The notes below the pieces were generated by a model. That model was not told where the DNA came from. It worked only from the letters and a program-made list of their open reading frames with translations, and ran no database searches. The position numbers were made by a program, and so were the translations under genes. A DNA stretch of 64,000 nucleotides from Eledone cirrhosa (taxonomy: Eukaryota), in the NCBI GenBank assembly GCA_964016885.1, contig OZ024759.1:23126001-23190000 (forward strand), in the 5' to 3' direction. This document shows, one piece after another, positions 40,229 through 53,604 of the stretch (positions are counted from its first letter, which is position 1; each line of letters starts with the position of its first letter).

Positions 40229-41349
40229 ATATATATATATATGTTATATTTGGTGAGGGTCATGTTATAATATTCCTATAAATATATAGTAAAACACGCT
40301 GTTTGGGGGTGGAGTTGGTTTTCACTTTAGTATATTTTATATTTCTCTAATTAACTCAGATGGCAATCAATGTTTACCATTAAAAATATAGAGATGAATA
40401 TAGTTTCTCAGAGTTCTATCATCATGTACCTGTGACATCTTTACTATTATATTTCCTCCTGTAATGTTTTCTTATTCTATTTATTCATATATTGTTTCTG
40501 ATTGCACATGCTTTTGTGTGCGTTTTCTGTTTGGTGTGTGTTCATATGTTTGTATTCTATATTTGGTCCCAAGTGTGTGTTTATGTGTGAGTTTTATTAT
40601 ATCTGTGTATATTTATTTATATTTATAAACATACACAAACACACTATTGTGTGTTTGTGTATGTTTTTTGTTATTCCATTCATGTTATCTGTTCAGCTTC
40701 GGCTTTAATTCTATTTCAGCTGCTTCCCTAATTTCTCTACTTGTTGAGTCTTCTCTATGTTTAGCTATTTTAATTTCTATATTGTCTATATGTGTACTTG
40801 CTATAGTTTAACTGCTATAAATTAGTGTTTAGTCTTTCGTCTCTTACTCCACTGGACAGCATTTGGCTTGTGCCAGACGCTGTGACCCTCAGGTGTACTA
40901 GCAGTACACTTTATGGGAGTTAAAATTATGAAAGTCCACCTCAACAGCCAATGACCCTGGAGTTGTGTGTCTTTCATTCGCATTTTTTTCTTTATTTAAA
41001 AAGAAAAACTCAACAATTTTTTAAGGCAAACCTTTTTTACTTGTTTTCGTCTGTTGTCTTGTCCTCTCATAATTTTCCTCAGTTTAGATATATATCGACA
41101 AGATCCCAGACCTCATTTGCTTAACGAGTGGAGCTCATCAAATCAGACTGAGGAAACAATGTTTCCATTGGTCTTTCCAGTTGCTTATACTATCTGTCCG
41201 GTGCAAATCCAGGCAGAAGGAGCAACGTGAGATAAAGTGTCTTGCTCAAGGAGATAACATCACCCAGTCTGGGAATAAAAATCATGTCATGATTGCGAAA
41301 CCAATTCTGTAACCACTCAGCTACCTGCGAAACATGCATAGCAGGTTGA

Positions 41350-41690
41350 TATCATCATCATCATTTTACGTCTGCTTTTCCGTTTGCAAGGATGGGACGG
41401 GTCCTATTCAGCATCTCTCCACTAGTCACGGTCCTTCGTCATCATCTCTGTGAGCTTCAGCAATCTGAGGTCTGCTCTTACCACCTCCGCCCATGTTTTT
41501 CGTGGTCTTCTACTGTGTCTTCCTTCTACTGGGATTTCTTGGCACTTCTTTACCCATCGGTCATCCTCCATGCATATCACATGTCCATACCATCGCAGTC
41601 TTCTCTCCCTCACACTACAACTTATCCCCCTTATACACAGTTTATCTCTCAACTCATCTATGCTTGGTCATTCACACACTTTGATACATG
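41350..41690 (-). mobile_element. RTE-type LINE 3' fragment, same family as 29622-29985
   Basis: [24 protein letters not shown]...RPRKTWAEVVRADL. Confidence 0.8.
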
Positions 41691-41747
41691 ATTAAAATCT
41701 AAATACATGTAAACAAAACTTCAGCGTTCTTATCTAAGTGTGTAGCT

Positions 41748-42772
<1,025 letters not shown>

Positions 42773-42789
42773 TGAATATACGTGAATAT

Positions 42790-43472
42790 ATACGTAATAT
42801 ACGTGAACGGCAAAGCATAAACGAACTAAGGGAAAAATTAGAAATAAGAGGGATCAGATGTTTACTCGAGAGAAGACTACGTTGGTATGGTCACGTGATG
42901 CGCATGAAAGACGACAGCTGTATAAAAAAGTGCAGGGCAATAAAAATAGACGGTAGCCATGGAGTAGGCAGACCCAGAAAAACCTGCGACGACTTGATAA
43001 ATTCCGACCTCACACACTTACACCTCTCCAAGACAATGTCACTGGACCGAGATCTTTGGCGCTACACAGTAATATAGAAGACCCGCCTTACCTAAGTACA
43101 CAGTGAAACCTACTACAGTCAGTAGGCACCTCTAACAAAATACACCCCCGTCCCATCCACATCACCCCTTTCAATGTAAAATTATGTTGGTATCACAACA
43201 TCCAGCCCGAAACAAATGAGGTCGTGTAGGTGTCACGACAAAAAAAAAACACAGTCCACGCTGTAATGTGGCCGTGTAGGTAACACGGTAAAAACCTCCC
43301 AGTTCCACACTGTAAATGTGGTTGGTGTTAGGAAGGGCATCCAGCCGTAGAAAACCCGCCAGACAGTCCTATGCGAGCAAGACAACCACTCTTGCCTCAA
43401 GTGGGAAAACTCCCGTCCAAACCCATGCAAGCGTGGAATATGGACGTTAAACAATGATGATGATGATGATGA
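42790..43472 (+). mobile_element. RTE-type LINE 3' end with 3' UTR and (ATG)n tail
   Basis: [11 protein letters not shown]...[22 protein letters not shown]...GRPRKT; the UTR ends GGTTGGTGTTAGGAAGGGCATCCAGC...GACGTTAAA(ATG)n. Confidence 0.82.
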
Positions 43473-43516
43473 TATATATATATATGTATGTATGTGCGAG
43501 TGTGTGTGTGTGTATA

Positions 43517-43581
<65 letters not shown>

Positions 43582-43902
43582 GGAGGCACATGGCTTAGTG
43601 GTTAGAGTATTGGCCTTGCAATCGAAAGATAATGAGTTCAATTCTCAGACCGGATGATGTGTTGTTTCCTTGAGCAAGACACTTTATTTCACATTGCTCC
43701 AGTTTACTCAGCTGTAGAAATGAAATGATAGGGACTGGGGTCCATATCATTCCACTGCAAAAAAGCACCCAGCACTCACTGTAAATGAGGTTGGTGTTAG
43801 GAAGGGCATCCAGCTGTAGAAATCAAGCCAGCATCAGTTCCCGTCCCACCCTTGCAAGCAGGGAAAAAGCGGACGTAAAATGAAATGATGATGAAATGAT
43901 GA
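43582..43902 (+). mobile_element. Full-length SINE family B
   Basis: Family B consensus. Confidence 0.9.
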
Positions 43903-44124
43903 CTTAGGGATTGTAACATCCAGTTACTCGAAGTTCACCAGAAAAGCACTAAGAGGTACATTCTGTTATTACCATAACACAGGACATTGGTCAACCTGAG
44001 ATTATATTAAGACATTTATCCAAGGTGCTGCTCAGTAGGATTAAAACCAAAACCATGTGGTTGTGAAACGAACTCTTCCTTAAACATATAACCATGCCGT
44101 CAACTAAAATCTTATAACTGTATT

Positions 44125-44400
44125 CCTTCTTCACCCACTTATTCCTCAGATGAGAGGCCTAGTCCTCAGAGAATTGTGAGAGGGCTAGTCCTCAGAGAGT
44201 TGCAAGGGGCCTAGTCCTCAAACACTCCTCCCAGCATGTCCTGTCAGAAGCAACTCAACTATTTCCAACTGTTCTGGCTGGATCTCAAAGCCAGACCAGC
44301 CGAACTCATGGATGTTATACAACCATCTTGCTTGGGGTCTACCCCTGGGTCTCCTGCCAGTTGGTTTGCCCATAAAATATGCCCAGCGATTTTTTCCTGA
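44125..44400 (-). mobile_element. RTE-type LINE 3' fragment
   Basis: KPTGRRPRGRPQARW...; same family as 30040-30440. Confidence 0.7.
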
Positions 44401-44445
44401 CACATACTGTTTTAAAAAGATATTTTTTTACATTTTTCTTTCTAG

Positions 44446-44519
44446 GATATTTGTAAACCGAAGTCTGAACTTGAATAAAATAAAGTTTTTTGGATTTGAT
44501 ATGGATTACACTCTGGCAG
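44446..44519 (+). CDS. NT5C2: cN-II/NT5C2-like exon: (R)IFVNRSLNLNKIKFFGFDMDYTLA, HAD motif I DxDxT
   Basis: TAG acceptor, G|GTAAGT donor, 74 nt. FVNRSL and FGFDMDYTLA are cN-II signature sequences. Confidence 0.96.
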
Positions 44520-44759
44520 GTAAGTAATATGCTAGATTAAAGGTAAAGGGTGATTGGATAGCAAGCAGGGGTTCCTCTACGATAAAGGGCCACAAATTTT
44601 CTTTTCTCTTATAATATGCAAGTGAAGTGCCCCAAATGAAAATTTCAGTCAGGGGACCCATATAAGATACTTAGAGGGGAAACAAATTTCTGAAAACATT
44701 TGGCGGATAACGAGATCATAGGCATTGTCATTGGTGAATATGTCACAATAACAAACGCC

Positions 44760-45110
44760 TAGTATACTCTCAAAAGTGGTAGTGTTGGTGCATGATAAAA
44801 TACACTTAGTATACTCTGAAAAGTGATAGGGCTGGTGCATGATAAAATAGACTTAGTATACTCTGTAATGTGGTAGTGTTGGTGCATGATAAAATAGACT
44901 TAGTATACTCTGTAATGTCGTAGTGTTGGTGCGAGGTTAAAACACTCCTAATACACAGTAAAGTCGTAGTGCTGGTGCCAAGTTAAAATACACTTAGTAC
45001 ACAATCTGTTAAAGTGTTAGTACGATGCTAAAATACACCTGGTACACTCTGTAAAGTGGTAGTGCTGATGCCAAAATAAAATGCACCCAGTACACTCTGT
45101 AAATTGGTTG
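44760..45110. repeat. Degenerate tandem repeat, unit about 43-44 bp; related array at 56110-56300
   Basis: AGTA.ACTCTGTAAAGTGGTAGTG.TGGTGC units, resembling an internal module of the SINE B/RTE tail. Confidence 0.75.
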
Positions 45111-45289
45111 ATACAACATTCAGGAACCAACCATAGAAACCACATCAGATTATGCAACTTAAGTGTCAAGACGGTGCTCTCCGACTTCTAGCATAGGAAC
45201 ATGACAGCTCCGTCCAACCCATGCCAGCATGGATAGAGGACATAAAATGATGATGATGATGATATTTACTTTTCCTTCCCCTCTCTTAG

Positions 45290-45407
45290 TATACAAGTCC
45301 CCAGCATATGAATCACTGTGCTTTGAAGAACTCAAACAAAGACTAATTGATATTGGTTACCCTGACGTTATCAAGGAGTTTAAATACGACCCAACATTCC
45401 TTGTGAG
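45290..45407 (+). CDS. NT5C2: cN-II/NT5C2-like exon: (V)YKSPAYESLCFEELKQRLIDIGYPDVIKEFKYDPTFLV(R)
   Basis: TAG acceptor, AG|GTGAGA donor, 118 nt, phase-compatible. Similar to cN-II YKSPEYESLGF...IGYP. Confidence 0.95.
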
Positions 45408-45457
45408 GTGAGAGGAAAATTCTTTGCTATTTTTTAATTTAATTTATTTTCTTTTAA

Positions 45458-45682
45458 TCCTTTAACATTTACATTACTCTATATATACTATTATATTTTT
45501 CGCAGTAAAGGCTTTATCTCACATAATTCTCACATAATTATCTCACATATCGAATCTATGAGATTTTGATACTTATTTTGAGAACAATACCTTAACATCA
45601 GTATGAGTGGCCAGTTACGGCAGGTTTGAACAAAGATGCGAGAGAAGTCTGGCCGGATATGGATGGTGTAAATGCTAAAGGG
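45458..45682 (+). mobile_element. piggyBac-like MITE
   Basis: TTAA flanks and TIR (C/T)CCTTTA.CATTTAC / GTAAATGCTAAAGGG; same body as the 27913 copy. Confidence 0.75.
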
Positions 45683-46041
45683 TTAATTCAGTTTTTTTTA
45701 GTTTTTTTTTTATGGTGCTTCATTATTTTTTGTTTGTTTTGTTTCTCTCCTCCACCCTACTCACATCCCCCACCGCTAAACAACTGTTACATCAATTATT
45801 ATGGTATTTTTTTTTTTGTTTTCTTCATTTCCCATGCTTCAGTCAAAGAGGGCTTGCAAAGGCCAAGGCAGTGTCCCTTCCTCCTGGGTAAGACATACAC
45901 CAAAATGTAAGCTAAGGAAACGTTTCGATGTGTTGCTGTTTAGCCCTAGGTTGGTTAGCTCTGAATAAACAGACCTATAGCCATAGGTATTCCAGCTGTC
46001 ATCGCAGGTCTTTTTTTTTACAGTATCATCATCATTATCAT

Positions 46042-47707
46042 ACTACAGCCCTTTGCATTCTGTGTTCACTACACTACAGCCCTTTGCATTCTGTGTTCAC
46101 TACACTACAGCCCTTTGCATTCTGTGTTCACTACACTACAGCCCTTTGCATTCTGGGTTCACTACAGCCCTTTGCATTCTGTGTTCACTACACTACAGCT
46201 CTTTGCATTCTGGGTTCACTACAGCCCTTTGCATTCTGGGTTCACTACACTACAGCCCTTTGCATTCTGGGTTCACTACACTACAGCCCTTTGCATTCTG
46301 TGTTCACTACACTACAGCCCTTTGCATTCTGGGTTCACTACAGCCCTTTGCATTCTGTGTTCACTACACTACAGCCCTTTGCATTCTGTGTTCACTACAC
46401 TACAGCTCTTTGCATTCTGGGTTCACTACAGCCCTTTGCATTCTGGGTTCACTACACTACAGCCCTTTGCATTCTAGGTTCTCTACACTACAGCCCTTTG
46501 CATTCTAGGTTCTCTACACTACAGCCCTTTACATTCTGGGTTCACTACACTACAGCCCTTTACATTCTGGGTTCACTACACTACAGCCCTTTGCATTCTG
46601 GGTTCACTACACTACAGCCCTTTGCATTCTGGGTTCACTACACTACAGCCCTTTACATTCTGGGTTCACTACAGCCCTTTACATTCTGGGTTCACTACAC
46701 TACAGCCCTTTGCATTCTGGGTTCACTACACTACAGCCCTTTGCATTCTGGGTTCACTACACTACAGCCCTTTGCATTCTAGGTTCTCTACACTACAGCC
46801 CTTTACATTCTGGGTTCACTACACTGCAGCTCTTTACATTCTGGGTTCACTACACTACAGCCCTTTACATTCTGGGTTCACTACACTACAGCCCTTTGCA
46901 TTCTGGGTTCACTACACTACAGCCCTTTACATTCTGGGTTCACTACAGCCTTTTACATTCTGGGTTCACTACACTACAGCCCTTTGCATTCTGGGTTTAC
47001 TACAGTACAGCCCTTTGCATTCTGGGTTCACTACACTACAGCCCTTTACATTCTGGGTTCACTTCACTACAGCCCTTTACATTCTGGGTTCACTGCAGCC
47101 CTTTGCATTCTGGGTTCACTACACTACAGCCCTTTGCATTCTGTGTTCACTACACTACAGCCCTTTGCATTCTGGGTTCACACACTACAGCCCTTTACAT
47201 TCTGGGTTCACTACACCCCTTTGCATTCTGGGTTCACTACACTACAGCCTTTTACATTCTGGGTTCACTACACTACAGCCCTTTACATTCTGGGTTCACT
47301 ACACTGCAGCCCTTTACATACTGGGTTCACTACACTACAGCCCTTTGCATTCTGGGTTCACACACTACAGCCCTTTGCATTCTGGGTTCACACACTACAG
47401 CCCTTTACATTCTGGGTTCACTACACCCCTTTGCATTCTGGGTTCACTACACTACAGCCTTTTACATTCTGGGTTCACTACACTACAGCCCTTTACATTC
47501 TGGGTTCACTACACTGCAGCCCTTTACATTCTGGGTTCACTACACTGCAGCCCTTTACATACTGGGTTCACTACACTACAGCCCTTTGCATTCTGGGTTC
47601 ACTACACTACAGCCCTTTACATTCTGGGTTCACTGCAGCCCTTTGCATTCTGGGTTCACTACACTGCAGCCTTTTACATTCTGGGTTTACTACATTACAG
47701 CCCTTTA
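46042..47707. repeat. 31-bp minisatellite with 26- and 29-bp variants
   Basis: Unit CACTACACTACAGCCCTTT(G/A)CATTCTG(G/T)GTT. Confidence 0.97.
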
Positions 47708-48174
47708 TGTTGAATAATGATCTTACTGATGTTTGAGCGACAACACTTGTTCATGGGCCTGATCAAGACTGACCTTGGGCTATATAGCAACAATTCATGA
47801 TAACCTGGTTACTAATCTATCATTTATCCGACGCCAGACCCCTGTGTATGTACGTGTATGTGTCTAAATGTATGCACGTGTGCATATGTCTGCGTAAATG
47901 TGTGTGCGCGTACACATGTTTGTGTAAATGTGTGTGTGGGAAAATGCATGTGCATATGTTTGTAGATTGTGTGTGCGTATGTATTTGCATATTGTATGTG
48001 TGCATGTATGTGCATGCAGTGTATATAAGGGTGTGTTACTATTTTACATCTATTTTTCCAGACGGAGTAAGTCTTAATAGATTTTTATTACAGCAACAAT
48101 TTTTACAGTTAGGTGCACTTCCTGTGTTAACTCAGCCGTGAAGCAAAAATGGTTATTTTTTTAATTGTTGTTCG

Positions 48175-49545
48175 TGTTTGTGGGTGTGGTGTTGGTGGTG
48201 GTGGTGGTGGTGGTGTTGGTGGTGGTGGTGGTGGTGGTGTTGGTGGTGGTGGTGGTGTTGGTGGTGGTGGTGTTGGTGGTGGTGGTGTTGGTGGTGGTGG
48301 TGTTGGTGGTGGTGGTGGTGGTTGTGGTGGTGTTGGTGGTTGTGGTGGTGTTGGTGGTTGTGGTGGTGTTGGTGGTTGTGGTGGTGTTGGTGGTTGTGGT
48401 GGTGTTGGTGGTTGTGGTGGTGTTGGTGGTTGTGGTGGTCTTTGTGGTTGTGGTGGTCTTTGTGGTTGTGGTGTTGTTGGTGGTTGTGGAGTTGGTTATT
48501 GTAGTGGTGGTTGTGGTGGTGGTGGTTGTGGTGTTGTTGGTTGTGGTGTTGTTGGTGGTTGTGGTGTTGATGGTTGTGGAGTTGGTGATTGTGGTGGTGG
48601 TTGTGGTGGTGGTGGTGGTGGTGGTGGTGGTGTTGGTGGTGGTGGTGGTGTTGGTGGTGGTGTTGGTGGTTGTATTAGTGGTGGTGTTGGTGGTTGTGGT
48701 GGTGTTGGTTGTGGTGGTATTAGTGGTTGTGGTGTTGGTGGTTGTGGTGTTGGTGGGTGTTGGTGGTTGTGGGTGTTGGTGGGTGTTGGTAGTTGTGGGT
48801 GTTGGTGGTGTTGGTGGTTGTGGTGTTGGTGGTTGTGGTGTTGGTGGTTGTGGTGTTGGTGGTTGTGGTGTTGGTGGTTGTGGTATTGGTGGTTGTGGTA
48901 TTGGTGGTTGTGGTATTGGTGGTTGTGGTGTTGGTGGTGTTCGTGGTTGTGGTGTTCGTGGTTGTGGTGTTGGTGGATGTGGTGTTGGTGGTTGTGGTGT
49001 TGGTGGTTGTGGTGTTGGTGGTTGTGGTATTGGTGGTTGTGGTGTTGGTGGTGTTCGTGGTTGTGGTGTTCGTGGTTGTGGTGTTGGTGGATGTGGTGTT
49101 GGTGGTTGTGGTGTTGGTGGTTGTGGTGTTGGTGGTTGTGGTGTTAGTGGTTGTGGTGTTGGTGGTTGTGGTGTTGGTGGTTGTGGTGTTGGTGGTTGTG
49201 GTGGTGTTGGTGGTTGTGGTGGTGTTGGCGGTTGTGGTGTTGGTGGCAGTTGTGGTGTTGGTGGTTGTTGTGGTGGTGGTGGTGGTGGTTGTGGTGGTGG
49301 TGGTGGTTGTGGTGTTGGTTGTGGTTGTGGTGTTGGTGGTTGTTGTGGTGTTGGTTGTTGTGGTGTTGGTTGTTGTGGTGTTGGTGGTTGTGGTGTTGGT
49401 TGGTGGTGGTTGTGGTGTTGTCGGTGGTGGTGTCTGTGCTGTGCTGTTGGTGGTGGTGTCTGGTGGTGTTGGTGGTGTCTGGTGGTGTCTGGTGGTGGTG
49501 GTGTCTGTGTTGGTGGTGGTGATGCCTGGCGGTGGTGGTGTTGAT
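48175..49545. repeat. (GGT/TGT)n simple repeat with 15- and 18-bp higher-order units
   Basis: Seen directly. Confidence 0.96.
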
Positions 49546-49777
49546 GATAAGCAAAGGTTCGATGGGAAAGGGAGAGGGGAGAGAGAGAGAATGGGGGAGA
49601 GAAAGAGGGATAGAGATGGAGAAAAAGAGGGAGAAAAAGAGGGAGAGAGAAGAGAGAGTGAGAAAGGGGGAGAAACAGAGGGAAAGAAAGGCAAGGCGAT
49701 ATATATATCAACACATATGCTGTATTATTATCATTGATTCTTTTATACATACTGTGTCTTTTTCTTTCTTTTGGCAG

Positions 49778-49873
49778 GGGTTTGTGGTTTGATAAATACT
49801 ATGGCAACCTCCTCAAAGTCGACAGCTATGGAAACATTCTAGTCTGTGTCCACGGTTTTAAATTTTTGAAACG
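49778..49873 (+). CDS. NT5C2: cN-II/NT5C2-like exon: [31 protein letters not shown](R)
   Basis: CAG acceptor, GT donor, 96 nt. [17 protein letters not shown] matches cN-II. Confidence 0.95.
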
Positions 49874-50019
49874 GTACTACCACTTTCACTATTTTTCCAT
49901 CTTTTTAACATCTTTTTTCATATTCAGCCAAAAATTTGTTCACCTTTTTAGACAGAACCACCTAAAGCCACCCTGGTTTTATGATACAAAAAACTGACCA
50001 TTTTAAAATGTTTATACAT

Positions 50020-50576
50020 ATCTGGAACCCCTATCTTGCTCAGAACATTGACCGCCTGGAAACTGTTCAGAGACGTGCAACCAAGCAAATACCCTCCATC
50101 AGGCATCTACCATACTCTGAGCACCTTGCTTCCCTGGGCATGGATACATTGAAGCTCCGACGCCTGGCAGCTGACTTGGTAAACACCCACAAAATTGTTA
50201 ACCATTATGCCAACAACAACCCTGAGTACCTTTTTGATTTCCATGTGTCTAACACACGTGGACATGTCCACAAGGTTAGAAAACAGCACAGTTCCCATGA
50301 CTTTCGGAAACATTTTTTCACGCTCAGAGTTGCTGAAGCATGGAACAAACTACCTTCATCAGTTGTTAGCTGTTGAGACACTGCATCCTTTAAGACCTCC
50401 ATGCTTCCCGAGATCCGCCAACACTACAGCTAATGTTCCCCCTCCATACACACATGTATACCATGACACTGTTCATTTCCCTGACATTTGTGTATTATTC
50501 TATGTACTATACATACACCTTTGACGAGTTGTAGTGCACCTGAGCACTTTACACAATAATTTCATTATTATTATTA
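50020..50576 (+). mobile_element. CR1-clade LINE 3' end with (ATT)n tail
   Basis: WNPYL...LETVQRRATK.IPS...TL..RRL..DL....KI...TRGH..K...FFTLRV..WNKLP. Confidence 0.88.
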
Positions 50577-50585
50577 TACATATAA

Positions 50586-50840
50586 CCCTTTAGCATTTAA
50601 ACTGGCTGTATCCAGCCAGAATTCTCTCACTTTCTGTTCAAACAGGCCATAACTGGTTGCTCATACTGACCTTAAGGTATTGTTTGCAAAATAAATAGCA
50701 TCAAATTCTCGTAGATTCGATATTATGTGAGGTAAAGCCAGGTGGTGCTATTAAGTTAGACATGGCCTGGGCAAATACTAGCCAAAACCTATCAAAGTAA
50801 AATATAATAGTAAATATAGAGTAATGTAAATAGTAAAGGG
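50586..50840 (-). mobile_element. piggyBac-like MITE; partial copies at about 51010-51082 and 60786-60892
   Basis: Same TIRs and body, reversed. Confidence 0.7.
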
Positions 50841-51144
50841 TTAAAAATTACACTGTAATTTTATTTAGAGAATTTCTGTTAATATTCCTATCAGCAGCAG
50901 CTGACTAATGAAAATACTTTGTTATTTTTTTAATTATTCCAAATTCTTTTAATTATTTTCAAAATTAATTGGCACAGTCAGTTCATTAGCAATATGGTAG
51001 CAAATGTGAGATAAATATGTGAGGTAAAGCCTTTATAATGGAAATACATTAGCAAATATAGAGTAATGTAAATGCTAAAGGGTTAATGTATGGAGACCCA
51101 AGATTTTGTTTACTGTTAACAGAGATATATCTGTTCTCTTTCAG

Positions 51145-51233
51145 CAATGAACTTGTACGTCTCTATCCAAACAAATTTATCCAGCTTGATGACAACAGAT
51201 GCTATGTTCTTAACACATTATTTAATTTAGCAG
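51145..51233 (+). CDS. NT5C2: cN-II/NT5C2-like exon: NELVRLYPNKFIQLDDNRCYVLNTLFNLA
   Basis: CAG acceptor, G|GTAAGG donor, 89 nt. YPNKFIQ and LNTLFNL motifs. Confidence 0.95.
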
Positions 51234-51249
51234 GTAAGGATTCTTTATG

Positions 51250-51895
51250 TGACTTGCTGGACATCCAGATTCGTTATCTCCTTGACCCATTTATTCTTAG
51301 GAGGGTCATGGGGGCAGAGTCCTCAAACACTTCTTCCAGAGCGTCATTCCAAGCCAGACCAGCTGAACTCATGGATGTTATCCAACCATCTTGCTCAGGG
51401 TCTACTCCTGGGTCTCCTGCCAGTCCATTTTTGCCTGTAAAATCTATCCTGTGATTCTTTCCTGCGGCAGTCTAACCACAACATGCCAATAATATCGGAG
51501 CCATGATCTCAATTTAGAGAAGTAGCGGCTCTAACTGGAGTGGCTCTCTGAGCTCCGAACTATGCACTCTATTGAGTAACATTACTCAAAAGACCCTTCA
51601 GAGGAAACCCTTTTCAGTCACTTGTATACACGATTGTATTCTTCTGTCATTATCTAAGATTCATGATTGGCGGATTGGTGGATTGGCAGTATCGATAGAG
51701 GGTCGGACGCCATGCTTTCCAGCATAGTTACGTCCCTTTACGGTCTGAGTTCAAATCCCGCCGAGGTTGACTTTGCCTTTCATCCTTACGGGGTCGATAA
51801 AATAAAGTACCAGTAATGCACTGGGTAATTGCTGGCCTTGTGCCTAAAGTAGAAACAATTATCTAAGATTCATGACTATAGGTAAGGGTTGGCAC
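51250..51895 (-). mobile_element. RTE-type LINE fragment interrupted by a SINE A insertion
   Basis: Reverse-complement similarity to 30040-30440 on both sides of the SINE. Confidence 0.7.
51667..51857 (+). mobile_element. Full-length SINE family A with 18-bp TSD
   Basis: tRNA-like head (TGGCAGTATCGATAG...GAGTTCAAATCCC), central CTTTGCCTTTCATCCTTACGGGGTCGATAAAATAAAGTACCAG. TSD ATTATCTAAGATTCATGA at 51649-51666 and 51858-51875. Confidence 0.9.
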
Positions 51896-52289
51896 AAATA
51901 CCAAACTGAAGATAGCGAATTTGGTTTTTACAAAATGTTACATCCAGAGTCATCACTAAGAGAATATAAAAAACAATGTAACTATTTTCTACACTTTTCA
52001 TGGTAAGCTGGGCTAGATTGTATGTTTACTAAAAGAAACACAAACAACTAAGGTTTGCCTTCACTTTCAACAATATCACTGACCATCATTCATTATCCTT
52101 CATTAATCTCATCATTCAGGGTAGAGGTAGACCAAGAAAACATGGGGTGAGGTTGTGAGAGCTGACCTCAAATCACAGACTCACAGAGGCGATGACAAAG
52201 GATTGTGACGTGTAAAGTGATGCTGTGTTGAGAAGGACCCATCCAACCCAAGCATGGAGAAGCAGACGTAAAAATGATGATGATGATTG

Positions 52290-52346
<57 letters not shown>

Positions 52347-52959
52347 TATATAATAACTAGAAATTGATTAACATATAAATAAACATGAATAATCACAGGA
52401 GATAATTTTTACAAGTGTGTATTCTGCGGGTGATATGGTGCATGTCTTTCTGGATATATATATATATGAAAAATAGTCGTTTTGGAAGCCTCAAAATATT
52501 CCACAACAATGCTTCACGCAAACTTTAACACTCATGTATATATGTATATACATAAACATTCTTCATCATCATCGTTTAACGTCCATCTTCCATGCTAGCA
52601 TGGGTTAGACGGTTTTGTTCCATTTGATGCGGGAATGGTCGGGAGACCATGCTTTGCTCACATGGAAGCGTCTCTGGCAGGTTTTTTACAGCTACATGCC
52701 CTTCCTAACACCAACCACATTTACAGTGTGGACTGGGAGCCTTTTCACTGTCTCCTACATGACCATCTTACAGTATATAAATATATATACTGTAAATGTG
52801 CTTGCCGTTAGGAAGGGCATTCAGCTGTAGAAAACCAGCCAGAAACACCCCTATTTGAGCAAGACACGGTCGCCCGACACAGCTTGGCTTAAAATAGGAC
52901 CTGTCTAACCCATGCTAGCGTGGAAGATAGACGTTAATCGATGATGATGATTATATATA

Positions 52960-53225
52960 TACATGATGCCTGTGTGAGGTGCACGATGCTGCATAGTAGT
53001 GAGACATGGGCAGCAACTGCAGAGGATATGCGACGGCTGGAGAGAAATGAGGCAAGCATGCTCCGTTGGATATGCAATGTCAATGTGCGTGAACGACCAA
53101 GCATGGATGTGTTGAGAGAGAAACTGTGTCTGAGAGGGATAAATTGTTGTGTGCAGGAGAGGAGACTGCGATGATATGGACATCCCGCCTTTGCAAGCAG
53201 GGAAAAGCGGGTGTAAAATGATGTT
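52960..53225 (+). mobile_element. RTE-type LINE fragment (internally deleted) with tail
   Basis: MLHSSETWA...LERNEASMLRWICNV...REKL.LRGI...ERRLR. Confidence 0.8.
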
Positions 53226-53242
53226 GATTATATATATATATA

Positions 53243-53396
53243 TATTTCGTTTCTGAATTTGTTTAGCAAGATTCTTTATCTGAAATCGTGTGTTGAAACC
53301 GATATTGTTATACTTTGGGAGGGTCATGTTGCCAATAAGAAACGCACGCACCAGATGCGTGCGTTTCTTATTGGCAACATGACCCTCCCAAAGTAT

Positions 53397-53404
<8 letters not shown>
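53243..53404. mobile_element. Short fold-back copy of the 39444-40228 family
   Basis: Perfect 49-bp arms (53302-53350 / 53356-53404) with a 5-nt loop, plus the same tail as 40169-40225; (TA)n on both sides. Confidence 0.8.
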
Positions 53405-53446
<42 letters not shown>

Positions 53447-53546
53447 ATAGTTTGTTATGTAATGAGTTGAGAAAATTCTGGCCGGATACAGCCGATTTAA
53501 ATACTAAATCACTTTAATGATACATTTATCTACCTTTTCTTTCCAG

Positions 53547-53604
53547 AAACTTATATGTTGGCCTGCATGGTTGAATACTTCTCAACCTGTACACTATATG
53601 AACA
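53547..53604 (+). CDS. NT5C2: cN-II/NT5C2-like exon: (E)TYMLACMVEYFSTCTLYE(Q)
   Basis: CAG acceptor, GTAAGT donor, 58 nt. Similar to ETYLLACLVDFF. Confidence 0.93.

Noticed and set aside
45928-47736. Long repetitive ORFs, or a CRISPR-like array of about 31-bp repeats
   Set aside because: Head-to-tail units with no unique spacers and no cas genes, in eukaryotic intron context; it is a minisatellite.
48149-49750. Pro/Thr-rich, Gly/Cys-rich and Trp-rich ORFs (mucin- or extensin-like)
   Set aside because: Simple GGT/TGT repeat open in nearly all six frames, lying between two validated exons.
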